Of a DNA stretch of 64,000 bases, positions 1 to 14,400 are shown piece by piece (position 1 is the first letter of the stretch; each line of letters opens with the position of its first letter). Below the pieces are notes generated by a model. It saw nothing but the letters and a program-made list of their open reading frames with translations, was not told the origin of the DNA and did not search any database. This DNA comes from Auanema rhodensis. Taxonomy: Eukaryota > Animalia > Nematoda. Made by a program: the position numbers and the translations under genes. The stretch spans positions 17,732,001 through 17,796,000 of the forward strand of contig OZ059898.1 of NCBI GenBank assembly GCA_964057225.1, written 5' to 3'.

Positions 1-3000
1 TGCGGATTTTTAAGCTGCGTCGATCTGTGTTATCAGATTTGCGCTAGCTTAAAAATGCACCGAGATATCAACTGATATAAGTTCACACTTATATCCTCGA
101 TTTTCACCCTGAAGAATTAATTTTTTCGTTGAATAACATTGTCCATCGTCTTTGCCTTGTAAAAAGGAATCTAAAAACATCTACTTTTTGCTAAATTATT
201 CTGAAATTTTTCGAAAAAATTTTTGTCAAAATGTTTTTGGAAGCAAGGTTGAGTGTACATGGAAACTCAACATACACTAATGCATTATTTTTCAAACGAT
301 CATAACTAATTTTTGTATTAAGCGTTTCTCAATGTAATATAGTGCATTCGATGCGGATTTTTAAGCTGCGTCGATCTGTGTTATCGGATTTTCGCTAGCT
401 TAAAAATGCACCGAGATATCAACTGATATAAGTTCACACTTATATCCTCGATTTTCACCCTGAAGAATTAATTTTTTCGTTGAATAACATTGTCCATCGT
501 CTTTGCCTTGAAAAAAGGAATCTAAAAACATCTACTTTTTGCTAAATTATTCTGAAATTTTTCGAAAAAATTTTTGTCAAAATGTTTTTGGAAGCAATGT
601 TGAGTGTACATGGAAACTCAACATACACTAATGCATCATTTTTCAAACAATCATAACTAATTTTTGTATTAAGCGTTTCTCAATGTAATATAGTGCATTC
701 GATGCGGATTTTTAAGCTGCGTCGATCTGTGTTATCGGATTTTCGCTAGCTTAAAAATGCACCGAGATATCAACTGATATAAGTTCACACTTATATCCTC
801 GATTTTCACCCTGAAGAATTAATTTTTTCGTTGAATAACATTGTCCATCGTCTTTGCCTTGTAAAAAGGAATCTAAAAACATCTACTTTTTGCTAAATTA
901 TTCTGAAATTTTTCGAAAAAATTTTTGTCAAAATGTTTTTGGAAGCAAGGTTGAGTGTACTTGGAAACTCAACATACACTAATGCATTATTTTTCAAACG
1001 ATCATAACTAATTTTTGTATTAAGCGTTTCTCAATGTAGTATAGTGCATTCGATGCGGATTTTTAAGCTGCGTCGATCTGTGTTATCAGATTTGCGCTAG
1101 CTTAAAAATGCACCGAGATATCAACTGATATAAGTTCACACTTATATCCTCGATTTTCACCCTGAAGAATTAATTTTTTCGTTGAATAACATTGTCCATC
1201 GTCTTTGCCTTGAAAAAAGGAATCTAAAAACATCTACTTTTTGCTAAATTATTTTGAAATTTTTCGAAAAAATTTTTGTCAAAATGTTTTTGGAAGCAAG
1301 GTTGAGTGTACATGGAAACTCAACATACACTAATGCATTATTTTTCAAACGATCATAACTAATTTTTGTATTAAGCGTTTTTCAATGTAGTATAGTGCAT
1401 TCGATGCGGATTTTTAAGCTGCGTCGATCTGTGTTATCAGATTTGCGCTAGCTTAAAAATGCACCGAGATATCAACTGATATAAGTTCACACTTATATCC
1501 TCGATTTTCACCCTGAAGAATTAATTTTTTCGTTGAATAACATTGTCCATCGTCTTTGCCTTGAAAAAAGGAATCTAAAAACATCTACTTTTTGCTAAAT
1601 TATTCTGAAATTTTTCGAAAAAATTTTTGTCAAAATGTTTTTGGAAGCAATGTTGAGTGTACATGGAAACTCAACATACACTAATGCATCATTTTTCAAA
1701 CAATCATAACTAATTTTTGTATTAAGCGTTTCTCAATGTAATATAGTGCATTCGATGCGGATTTTTAAGCTGCGTCGATCTGTGTTATCGGATTTTCGCT
1801 AGCTTAAAAATGCACCGAGATATCAACTGATATAAGTTCACACTTATATCCTCGATTTTCACCCTGAAGAATTAATTTTTTCGTTGAATAACATTGTCCA
1901 TCGTCTTTGCCTTGAAAAAAGGAATCTAAAAACATCTACTTTTTGCTAAATTATTCTGAAATTTTTCGAAAAAATTTTTGTCAAAATGTTTTTGGAAGCA
2001 ATGTTGAGTGTACATGGAAACTCAACATACACTAATGCATCATTTTTCAAACAATCATAACTAATTTTTGTATTAAGCGTTTCTCAATGTAATATAGTGC
2101 ATTCGATGCGGATTTTTAAGCTGCGTCGATCTGTGTTATCGGATTTTCGCTAGCTTAAAAATGCACCGAGATATCAACTGATATAAGTTCACACTTATAT
2201 CCTCGATTTTCACCCTGAAGAATTAATTTTTTCGTTGAATAACATTGTCCATCGTCTTTGCCTTGTAAAAAGGAATCTAAAAACATCTACTTTTTGCTAA
2301 ATTATTCTGAAATTTTTCGAAAAAATTTTTGTCAAAATGTTTTTGGAAGCAAGGTTGAGTGTACTTGGAAACTCAACATACACTAATGCATTATTTTTCA
2401 AACGATCATAACTAATTTTTGTATTAAGCGTTTCTCAATGTAGTATAGTGCATTCGATGCGGATTTTTAAGCTGCGTCGATCTGTGTTATCAGATTTGCG
2501 CTAGCTTAAAAATGCACCGAGATATCAACTGATATAAGTTCACACTTATATCCTCGATTTTCACCCTGAAGAATTAATTTTTTCGTTGAATAACATTGTC
2601 CATCGTCTTTGCCTTGTAAAAAGGAATCTAAAAACATTTACTCTTTGCTAAATTATTCTGAAATTTTTCGAAAAAATTTTTGTCAAAATGTTTTTGGAAG
2701 CAAGGTTGAGTGTACTTGGAAACTCAACATACACTAATGCATTATTTTTCAAACGATCATAACTAATTTTTGTATTAAGCGTTTCTCAATGTAGTATAGT
2801 GCATTCGATGCGGATTTTTAAGCTGCGTCGATCTGTGTTATCAGATTTGCGCTAGCTTAAAAATGCACCGAGATATCAACTGATATAAGTTCACACTTAT
2901 ATCCTCGATTTTCACCCTGAAGAATTAATTTTTTCGTTGAATAACATTGTCCATCGTCTTTGCCTTGAAAAAAGGAATCTAAAAACATCTACTTTTTGCT

Positions 3001-6000
3001 AAATTATTTTGAAATTTTTCGAAAAAATTTTTGTCAAAATGTTTTTGGAAGCAAGGTTGAGTGTACATGGAAACTCAACATACACTAATGCATCATTTTT
3101 CAAACAATCATAACTAATTTTTGTATTAAGCGTTTCTCAATGTAATATAGTGCATTCGATGCGGATTTTTAAGCTGCGTCGATCTGTGTTATCGGATTTT
3201 CGCTAGCTTAAAAATGCACCGAGATATCAACTGATATAAGTTCACACTTATATCCTCGATTTTCACCCTGAAGAATTAATTTTTTCGTTGAATAACATTG
3301 TCCATCGTCTTTGCCTTGTAAAAAGGAATCTAAAAACATCTACTTTTTGCTAAATTATTCTGAAATTTTTCGAAAAAATTTTTGTCAAAATGTTTTTGGA
3401 AGCAAGGTTGAGTGTACTTGGAAACTCAACATACACTAATGCATTATTTTTCAAACGATCATAACTAATTTTTGTATTAAGCGTTTCTCAATGTAGTATA
3501 GTGCATTCGATGCGGATTTTTAAGCTGCGTCGATCTGTGTTATCAGATTTGCGCTAGCTTAAAAATGCACCGAGATATCAACTGATATAAGTTCACACTT
3601 ATATCCTCGATTTTCACCCTGAAGAATTAATTTTTTCGTTGAATAACATTGTCCATCGTCTTTGCCTTGTAAAAAGGAATCTAAAAACATTTACTTTTTG
3701 CTAAATTATTCTGAAATTTTTCGAAAAAATTTTTGTCAAAATGTTTTTGGAAGCAAGGTTGAGTGTACTTGGAAACTCAACATACACTAATGCATTATTT
3801 TTCAAACGATCATAACTAATTTTTGTATTAAGCGTTTCTCAATGTAGTATAGTGCATTCGATGCGGATTTTTAAGCTGCGTCGATCTGTGTTATCAGATG
3901 TGCGCTAGCTTAAAAATGCACCGAGATATCAACTGATATAAGTTCACACTTATATCCTCGATTTTCACCCTGAAGAATTAATTTTTTCGTTGAATAACAT
4001 TGTCCATCGTCTTTGCCTTGAAAAAAGGAATCTAAAAACATCTACTTTTTGCTAAATTATTTTGAAATTTTTCGAAAAAATTTTTGTCAAAATGTTTTTG
4101 GAAGCAAGGTTGAGTGTACATGGAAACTCAACATACACTAATGCATTATTTTTCAAACGATCATAACTAATTTTTGTATTAAGCGTTTTTCAATGTATTA
4201 TAGTGCATTCGATGCGGATTTTTAAGCTGCGTCGATCTGTGTTATCAGATTTGCGCTAGCTTAAAAATGCACCGAGATATCAACTGATATAAGTTCACAC
4301 TTATATCCTCGATTTTCACCCTGAAGAATTAATTTTTTCGTTGAATAACATTGTCCATCGTTTTTGCCTTGAAAAACGAAATCTGAAAACATCTACTTTT
4401 TGCTAAATTATTTTGAAATTTTTCGAAAAAATTTTTGTCAAAATGTTTTTGGAAGCAATGTTGAGTGTACATGGAAACTCAACATACACTAATGCATTAT
4501 TTTTCAAACGATCATAACTAATTTTTGTATTAAGCGTTTCTCAATGTAATATAGTGCATTCGATGCGGATTTTTAAGCTGCGTCGATCTGTGTTATCGGA
4601 TTTTCGCTAGCTTAAAAATGCACCGAGATATCAACTGATATAAGTTCACACTTATATCCTCGATTTTCACCCTGAAGAATTAATTTTTTCGTTGAATAAC
4701 ATTGTCCATCGTCTTTGCCTTGTAAAAAGGAATCTAAAAACATCTACTTTTTGCTAAATTATTCTGAAATTTTTCGAAAAAATTTTTGTCAAAATGTTTT
4801 TGGAAGCAAGGTTGAGTGTACTTGGAAACTCAACATACACTAATGCATTATTTTTCAAACGATCATAACTAATTTTTGTATTAAGCGTTTCTCAATGTAG
4901 TATAGTGCATTCGATGCGGATTTTTAAGCTGCGTCGATCGGTGTTATCAGATTTGCGCTAGCTTAAAAATGCACCGAGATATCAACTGATATAAGTTCAC
5001 ACTTATATCCTCGATTTTCACCCTGAAGAATTAATTTTTTCGTTGAATAACATTGTCCATCGTCTTTGCCTTGAAAAAAGGAATCTAAAAACATCTACTT
5101 TTTGCTAAATTATTTTGAAATTTTTCGAAAAAATTTTTGTCAAAATGTTTTTGGAAGCAAGGTTGAGTGTACATGGAAACTCAACATACACTAATGCATT
5201 ATTTTTCAAACGATCATAACTAATTTTTGTATTAAGCGTTTTTCAATGTAGTATAGTGCATTCGATGCGGATTTTTAAGCTGCGTCGATCTGTGTTATCA
5301 GATTTGCGCTAGCTTAAAAATGCACCGAGATATCAACTGATATAAGTTCACACTTATATCCTCGATTTTCACCCTGAAGAATTATTTTTTTCGTTGAATA
5401 ACATTGTCCATCGTCTTTGCCTTGAAAAAAGGAATCTAAAAACATCTACTTTTTGCTAAATTATTTTGAAATTTTTCGAAAAAAATTTTGTCAAAATGTT
5501 TTTGGAAGCAAGGTTGAGTGTACATGGAAACTCAACATACACTAATGCATTATTTTTCAAACGATCATAACTAATTTTTGTATTAAGCGTTTTTCAATGT
5601 AGTATAGTGCATTCGATGCGGATTTTTAAGCTGCGTCGATCTGTGTTATCAGATTTGCGCTAGCTTAAAAATGCACCGAGATATCAACTGATATAAGTTC
5701 ACACTTATATCCTCGATTTTTACCCTGAAGAATTAATTTTTTCGTTGAATAACATTGTCCATCGTCTTTGCCTTGAAAAAAGGAATCTAAAAACATCTCT
5801 TTTTTGCTAAATTATTCTGAAATTTTTCGAAAAAATTTTTGTCAAAATGTTTTTGGAAGCAAGGTTGAGTGTACATGGAAACTCAACATACACTAATGCA
5901 TTATTTTTCAAACGATCATAACTAATTTTTGTATTAAGCGTTTCTCAATGTAGTATAGTGCATTCGATGCGGATTTTTAAGCTGCGTCGATCTGTGTTAT

Positions 6001-8424
6001 CAGATTTGCGCTAGCTTAAAAATGCACCGAGATATCAACTGATATAAGTTCACACTTATATCCTCGATTTTCACCCTGAAGAATTAATTTTTTCGTTGAA
6101 TAACATTGTCCATCGTCTTTGCCTTGAAAAAAGGAATCTAAAAACATCTACTTTTTGCTAAATTATTTTGAAATTTTTTGAAAAAATTTTTGTCAAAATG
6201 TTTTTGGAAGCAAGGTTGAGTGTACATGGAAACTCAACATACACTAATGCATTATTTTTCAAACGATCATAACTAATTTTTGTATTAAGCGTTTTTCAAT
6301 GTAGTATAGTGCATTCAATGCGTATTTTTAAGCTGCGTCGATCTGTGTTATCAGATTTGCGCTAGCTTAAAAATGCACCGAGATATCAACTGATATAAGT
6401 TCACACTTATATCCTCGATTTTCACCCTGAAGAATTAATTTTTTCGTTGAATAACATTGTCCATCGTCTTTGCCTTGAAAAAAGGAATCTAAAAACATCT
6501 ACTTTTTGCTAAATTATTTTGAAATTTTTCGAAAAAAATTTTGTCAAAATGTTTTTGGAAGCAAGGTTGAGTGTACATGGAAACTCAACATACACTAATG
6601 CATTATTTTTCAAACGATCATAACTAATTTTTGTATTAAGCGTTTTTCAATGTAGTATAGTGCATTCGATGCGGATTTTTAAGCTGCGTCGATCTGTGTT
6701 ATCAGATTTGCGCTAGCTTAAAAATGCACCGAGATATCAACTGATATAAGTTCACACTTATATCCTCGATTTTCACCCTGAAGAATTAATTTTTTCGTTG
6801 AATAACATTGTCCATCGTCTTTGCCTTGAAAAAAGGAATCTAAAAACATCTACTTTTTGCTAAATTATTTTGAAATTTTTCGAAAAAATTTTTGTCAAAA
6901 TGTTTTTGGAAGCAAGGTTGAGTGTACATGGAAACTCAACATACACTAATGCATTATTTTTCAAACGATCATAACTACTTTTTGTATTAAGCGTTTTTCA
7001 ATGTAGTATAGTGCATTCGATGCGGATTTTTAAGCTGCGTCGATCTGTGTTATCAGATTTGCGCTAGCTTAAAAATGCACCGAGATATCAACTGATATAA
7101 GTTCACACTTATATCCTCGATTTTCACCCTGAAGAATTAATTTTTTCGTTGAATAACATTGTCCATCGTCTTTGCCTTGAAAAAAGGAATCTAAAAACAT
7201 CTACTTTTTGCTAAATTATTTTGAAATTTTTTGAAAAAATTTTTGTCAAAATGTTTTTGGAAGCAAGGTTGAGTGTACATGGAAACTCAACATACACTAA
7301 TGCATTATTTTTCAAACGATCATAACTAATTTTTGTATTAAGCGTTTTTCAATGTAGTATAGTGCATTCGATGCGGATTTTTAAGCTGCGTCGATCTGTG
7401 TTATCAGATTTGCGCTAGCTTAAAAATGCACCGAGATATCAACTGATATAAGTTCACACTTATATCCTCGATTTTCACCCTGAAGAATTTATTTTTTCGT
7501 TGAATAACATTGTCCATCGTCTTTGCCTTGAAAAAAGGAATCTAAAAACATCTACTTTTTGCTAAATTATTTTGAAATTTTTCGAAAAAATTTTTGTCAA
7601 AATGTTTTTGGAAGCAAGGTTGAGTGTACATGGAAACTCAACATACACTAATGCATTATTTTTCAAACGATCATAACTAATTTTTGTATTAAGCGTTTCT
7701 CAATGTAGTATAGTGCATTCGATGCGGATTTTCAAGCTGCGTCGATCTGTGTTATCAGATTTGCGCTAGCTTAAAAATGCACCGAGATATCAACTGATAT
7801 AAGTTCACACTTATATCCTCGATTTTCACCCTGAAGAATTAATTTTTTCGTTGAATAACATTGTCCATCGTCTTTGCCTTGAAAAAAGGAATCTAAAAAC
7901 ATCTACTTTTTGCTAAATTATTTTGAAATTTTTCGAAAAAATTTTTGTCAAAATGTTTTTGGAAGCAAGGTTGAGTGTACATGGAAACTCAACATACACT
8001 AATGCATTATTTTTCAAACGATCATAACTAATTTTTGTATTAAGCGTTTTTCAATGTAGTATAGTGCATTCGATGCGGATTTTTAAGCTGCGTCGATCTG
8101 TGTTATCAGATTTGCGCTAGCTTAAAAATGCACCGAGATATCAACTGATATAAGTTCACACTTATATGCTCGATTTTCACCCTGAAGAATTAATTTTTTC
8201 GTTGAATAACATTGTCCATCGTCTTTGCCTTGAAAAAAGGAATCTAAAAACATCTACTTTTTGCTAAATTATTTTGAAATTTTTCGAAAAAATTTTTGTC
8301 AAAATGTTTTTGGAAGCAAGGTTGAGTGTACATGGAAACTCAACATACACTAATGCATTATTTTTCAAACGATCATAACTACTTTTTGTATTAAGCGTTT
8401 TTCAATGTAGTATAGTGCATTCGA

Positions 8425-11400
8425 TGCGGATTTTTAAGCTGCGTCGATCTGTGTTATCAGATTTGCGCTAGCTTAAAAATGCACCGAGATATCAACTGAT
8501 ATAAGTTCACACTTATATCCTCGATTTTCACCCTGAAGAATTAATTTTTTCGTTGAATAACATTGTCCATCGTCTTTGCCTTGAAAAAAGGAATCTAAAA
8601 ACATCTACTTTTTGCTAAATTATTTTGAAATTTTTTGAAAAAATTTTTGTCAAAATGTTTTTGGAAGCAAGGTTGAGTGTACATGGAAACTCAACATACA
8701 CTAATGCATTATTTTTCAAACGATCATAACTAATTTTTGTATTAAGCGTTTTTCAATGTAGTATAGTGCATTCGATGCGGATTTTTAAGCTGCGTCGATC
8801 TGTGTTATCAGATTTGCGCTAGCTTAAAAATGCACCGAGATATCAACTGATATAAGTTCACACTTATATCCTCGACTTTCACCCTGAAGAATTAATTTTT
8901 TCGTTGAATAACATTGTCCATCGTCTTTGCCTTGTAAAAAGGAATCTAAAAACATCTACTTTTTGCTAAATTATTTTGAAATTTTTCGAAAAAATTTTTG
9001 TCAAAATGTTTTTGGAAGCAAGGTTGAGTGTACATGGAAACTCAACATACACTAATGCATTATTTTTCAAACGATCATAACTAATTTTTGTATTAAGCGT
9101 TTCTCAATGTAGTATAGTGCGTTCGATGCGGATTTTCAAGCTGCGTCGATCTGTGTTATCAGATTTGCGCTAGCTTAAAAATGCACCGAGATATCAACTG
9201 ATATAAGTTCACACTTATATCCTCGATTTTCACCCTGAAGAATTAATTTTTTCGTTGAATAACATTGTCCATCGTCTTTGCCTTGAAAAAAGAAATCTAA
9301 AAACATCTATTTTTTGCTAAATTATTTTGAAATTTTTCGAAAAAATTTTTGTCAAAATGTTTTTGGAAGCAAGGTTGAGTGTACATGGAAACTCAACATA
9401 CACTAATGCATTATTTTTCAAACGATCATAACTAATTTTTGTATTAAGCGTTTCTCAATGTAGTATAGTGCATTCGATGCGGATTTTTAAGCTGCGTCGA
9501 TCTGTGTTATCAGATTTGCGCTAGCTTAAAAATGCACCGAGATATCAACTGATATAAGTTCACACTTATATCCTCGATTTTCACCCTGAAGAATTAATTT
9601 TTTCGTTGAATAACATTGTCCATCGTCTTTGCCTTGTAAAAAGGAATCTAAAAACATCTACTTTTTGCTAAATTATTTTGAAATTTTTCGAAAAAATTTT
9701 TGTCAAAATGTTTTTGGAAGCAAGGTTGAGTGTACATGGAAACTCAACATACACTAATGCATTATTTTTCAAACGATCATAACTAATTTTTGTATTAAGC
9801 GTTTCTCAATGTAGTATAGTGCGTTCGATGCGGATTTTCAAGCTGCGTCGATCTGTGTTATCAGATTTGCGCTAGCTTAAAAATGCACCGAGATATCAAC
9901 TGATATAAGTTCACACTTATATCCTCGATTTTCACCCTGAAGAATTAATTTTTTCGTTGAATAACATTGTCCATCGTCTTTGCCTTGAAAAAAGAAATCT
10001 AAAAACATCTACTTTTTGCTAAATTATTTTGAAATTTTTCGAAAAAATTTTTGTCAAAATGTTTTTGGAAGCAAGGTTGAGTGTACATGGAAACTCAACA
10101 TACACTAATGCATTATTTTTCAAACGATCATAACTAATTTTTGTATTAAGCGTTTTTCAATGTAGTATAGTGCATTCGATGCGGATTTTTAAGCTGCGTC
10201 GATCTGTGTTATCAGATTTGCGCTAGCTTAAAAATGCACCGAGATATCAACTGATATAAGTTCACACTTATATCCTCGATTTTCACCCTGAAGAATTAAT
10301 TTTTTCGTTGAATAACATTGTCCATCGTCTTTGCCTTGAAAAAAGGAATCTAAAAACATCTACTTTTTGCTAAATTATTTTGAAATTTTTCGAAAAAATT
10401 TTTGTCAAAATGTTTTTGGAAGCAAGGTTGAGTGTACATGGAAACTCAACATACACTAATGCATTATTTTTCAAACGATCATAACTAATTTTTGTATTAA
10501 GCGTTTCTCAATGTAGTATAGTGCATTCGATGCGGATTTTTAAGCTGCGTCGATCTGTGTTATCAGATTTGCGCTAGCTTAAAAATGCACCGAGATATCA
10601 ACTGATATAAGTTCACACTTATATCCTCGATTTTCACCCTGAAGAATTAATTTTTTCGTTGAATAACATTGTCCATCGTCTTTGCCTTGAAAAAAGGAAT
10701 CTTAAAACATCTACTTTTTGCTAAATTATTTTGAAATTTTTCGAAAAAATTTTTGTCAAAATGTTTTTGGAAGCAAGGTTGAGTGTACATGGAAACTCAA
10801 CATACACTAATGCATTATTTTTCAAACGATCATAACTAATTTTTGTATTAAGCGTTTTTCAATGTAGTATAGTGCATTCGATGCGGATTTTTAAGCTGCG
10901 TCGATCTGTGTTATCAGATTTGCGCTAGCTTAAAAATGCACCGAGATATCAACTGATATAAGTTCACACTTATATCCTCGATTTTCACCCTGAAGAATTA
11001 ATTTTTTCGTTGAATAACATTGTCCATCGTCTTTGCCTTGAAAAAAGGAATCTAAAAACATCTACTTTTTGCTAAATTATTTTGAAATTTTTCGAAAAAA
11101 TTTTTGTCAAAATGTTTTTGGAAGCAAGGTTGAGTGTACATGGAAACTCAACATACACTAATGCATTATTTTTCAAACGATCATAACTAATTTTTGTATT
11201 AAGCGTTTCTCAATGTAGTATAGTGCATTCGATGCGGATTTTTAAGCTGCGTCGATCTGTGTTATCAGATTTGCGCTAGCTTAAAAATGCACCGAGATAT
11301 CAACTGATATAAGTTCACACTTATATCCTCGATTTTCACCCTGAAGAATTAATTTTTTCGTTGAATAACATTGTCCATCGTCTTTGCCTTGAAAAAAGGA

Positions 11401-14400
11401 ATCTAAAAACATCTACTTTTTGCTAAATTATTTTGAAATTTTTTGAAAAAATTTTTGTCAAAATGTTTTTGGAAGCAAGGTTGAGTGTACATGGAAACTC
11501 AACATACACTAATGCATTATTATTCAAACGATCATAACTAATTTTTGTATTAAGCGTTTTTCGATGTAGTATAGTGCATTCGATGCGGATTTTTAAGCTG
11601 CGTCGATCTGTGTTATCAGATTTGCGCTAGCTTAAAAATGCACCGAGATATCAACTGATATAAGTTCACACTTATATCCTCGATTTTCACCCTGAAGAAT
11701 TAATTTTTTCGTTGAATAACATTGTCCATCGTCTTTGCCTTGAAAAAAGGAATCTAAAAACATCTACTTTTTGCTAAATTATTTTGAAATTTTTTGAAAA
11801 AATTTTTGTCAAAATGTTTTTGGAAGCAAGGTTGAGTGTACATGGAAACTCAACATACACTAATGCATTATTTTTCAAACGATCATAACTAATTTTTGTA
11901 TTAAGCGTTTTTCAATGTAGTATAGTGCATTCGATGCGGATTTTTAAGCTGCGTCGATCTGTGTTATCAGATTTGCGCTAGCTTAAAAATGCACCGAGAT
12001 ATCAACTGATATAAGTTCACACTTATATCCTCGATTTTCACCCTGAAGAATTAATTTTTTCGTTGAATAACATTGTCCATCGTCTTTGCCTTGAAAAAAG
12101 GAATCTAAAAACATCTACTTTTTGCTAAATTATTTTGAAATTTTTTGAAAAAATTTTTGTCAAAATGTTTTTGGAAGCAAGGTTGAGTGTACATGGAAAC
12201 TCAACATACACTAATGCATTTTTTTTCAAACGATCATAACTAATTTTTGTATTAAGCGTTTTTCAATGTAGTATAGTGCATTCGATGCGGATTTTTAAGC
12301 TGCGTCGATCTGTGTTATCAGATTTGCGCTAGCTTAAAAATGCACCGAGATATCAACTGATATAAGTTCACACTTATATCCTCGATTTTCACCCTGAAGA
12401 ATTAATGTTTTCGTTGAATAACATTGTCCATCGTCTTTGCCTTGAAAAAAGAAATCTAAAAACATCTACTTTTTGCTAAATTATTTTGAAATTTTTCGAA
12501 AAAATTTTTGTCAAAATGTTTTTGGAAGCAAGGTTGAGTGTACATGGAAACTCAACATACACTAATGCATTATTTTTCAAACGATCATAACTAATTTTTG
12601 TATTAAGCGTTTTTCAATGTAGTATAGTGCATTCGATGCGGATTTTTAAGCTGCGTCGATCTGTGTTATCAGATTTGCGCTAGCTTAAAAATGCACCGAG
12701 ATATCAACTGATATAAGTTCACACTTATATCCTCGATTTTCACCCTGAAGAATTAATTTTTTCGTTGAATAACATTGTCCATCGTCTTTGCCTTGAAAAA
12801 AGGAATCTAAAAACATCTACTTTTTGCTAAATTATTTTGAAATTTTTTGAAAAAATTTTTGTCAAAATGTTTTTGGAAGCAAGGTTGAGTGTACATGGAA
12901 ACTCAACATACACTAATGCATTATTTTTCAAACGATCATAACTAATTTTTGTATTAAGCGTTTTTCAATGTAGTATAGTGCATTCGATGCGGATTTTTAA
13001 GCTGCGTCGATCTGTGTTATCAGATTTGCGCTAGCTTAAAAATGCACCGAGATATCAACTGATATAAGTTCACACTTATATCCTCGACTTTCACCCTGAA
13101 GAATTAATTTTTTCGTTGAATAACATTGTCCATCGTCTTTGCCTTGTAAAAAGGAATCTAAAAACATCTACTTTTTGCTAAATTATTTTGAAATTTTTCG
13201 AAAAAATTTTTGTCAAAATGTTTTTGGAAGCAAGGTTGAGTGTACATGGAAACTCAACATACACTAATGCATTATTTTTCAAACGATCATAACTAATTTT
13301 TGTATTAAGCGTTTCTCAATGTAGTATAGTGCGTTCGATGCGGATTTTCAAGCTGCGTCGATCTGTGTTATCAGATTTGCGCTAGCTTAAAAATGCACCG
13401 AGATATCAACTGATATAAGTTCACACTTATATCCTCGATTTTCACCCTGAAGAATTAATTTTTTCGTTGAATAACATTGTCCATCGTCTTTGCCTTGAAA
13501 AAAGAAATCTAAAAACATCTATTTTTTGCTAAATTATTTTGAAATTTTTCGAAAAAATTTTTGTCAAAATGTTTTTGGAAGCAAGGTTGAGTGTACATGG
13601 AAACTCAACATACACTAATGCATTATTTTTCAAACGATCATAACTAATTTTTGTATTAAGCGTTTCTCAATGTAGTATAGTGCATTCGATGCGGATTTTT
13701 AAGCTGCGTCGATCTGTGTTATCAGATTTGCGCTAGCTTAAAAATGCACCGAGATATCAACTGATATAAGTTCACACTTATATCCTCGATTTTCACCCTG
13801 AAGAATTAATTTTTTCGTTGAATAACATTGTCCATCGTCTTTGCCTTGTAAAAAGGAATCTAAAAACATCTACTTTTTGCTAAATTATTTTGAAATTTTT
13901 CGAAAAAATTTTTGTCAAAATGTTTTTGGAAGCAAGGTTGAGTGTACATGGAAACTCAACATACACTAATGCATTATTTTTCAAACGATCATAACTAATT
14001 TTTGTATTAAGCGTTTCTCAATGTAGTATAGTGCGTTCGATGCGGATTTTCAAGCTGCGTCGATCTGTGTTATCAGATTTGCGCTAGCTTAAAAATGCAC
14101 CGAGATATCAACTGATATAAGTTCACACTTATATCCTCGATTTTCACCCTGAAGAATTAATTTTTTCGTTGAATAACATTGTCCATCGTCTTTGCCTTGA
14201 AAAAAGAAATCTAAAAACATCTACTTTTTGCTAAATTATTTTGAAATTTTTCGAAAAAATTTTTGTCAAAATGTTTTTGGAAGCAAGGTTGAGTGTACAT
14301 GGAAACTCAACATACACTAATGCATTATTTTTCAAACGATCATAACTAATTTTTGTATTAAGCGTTTTTCAATGTAGTATAGTGCATTCGATGCGGATTT

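Noticed and set aside
124-140. Possible CENP-B box (TTTCGTTGAATAACATT)
   Set aside because: It matches TTCG and the central A of NTTCGNNNNANNCGGGN but lacks CGGG (5 of 9 essential bases). The B versions also lack CGGG.
1-351. Tandem RNA gene cluster (5S rRNA, tRNA, snRNA or SL RNA) given the 351-bp unit and hairpins
   Set aside because: No recognisable 5S, tRNA or snRNA sequence or Pol III A/B/C boxes, and many internal T-runs would terminate Pol III. An Rfam/Infernal scan would settle it.
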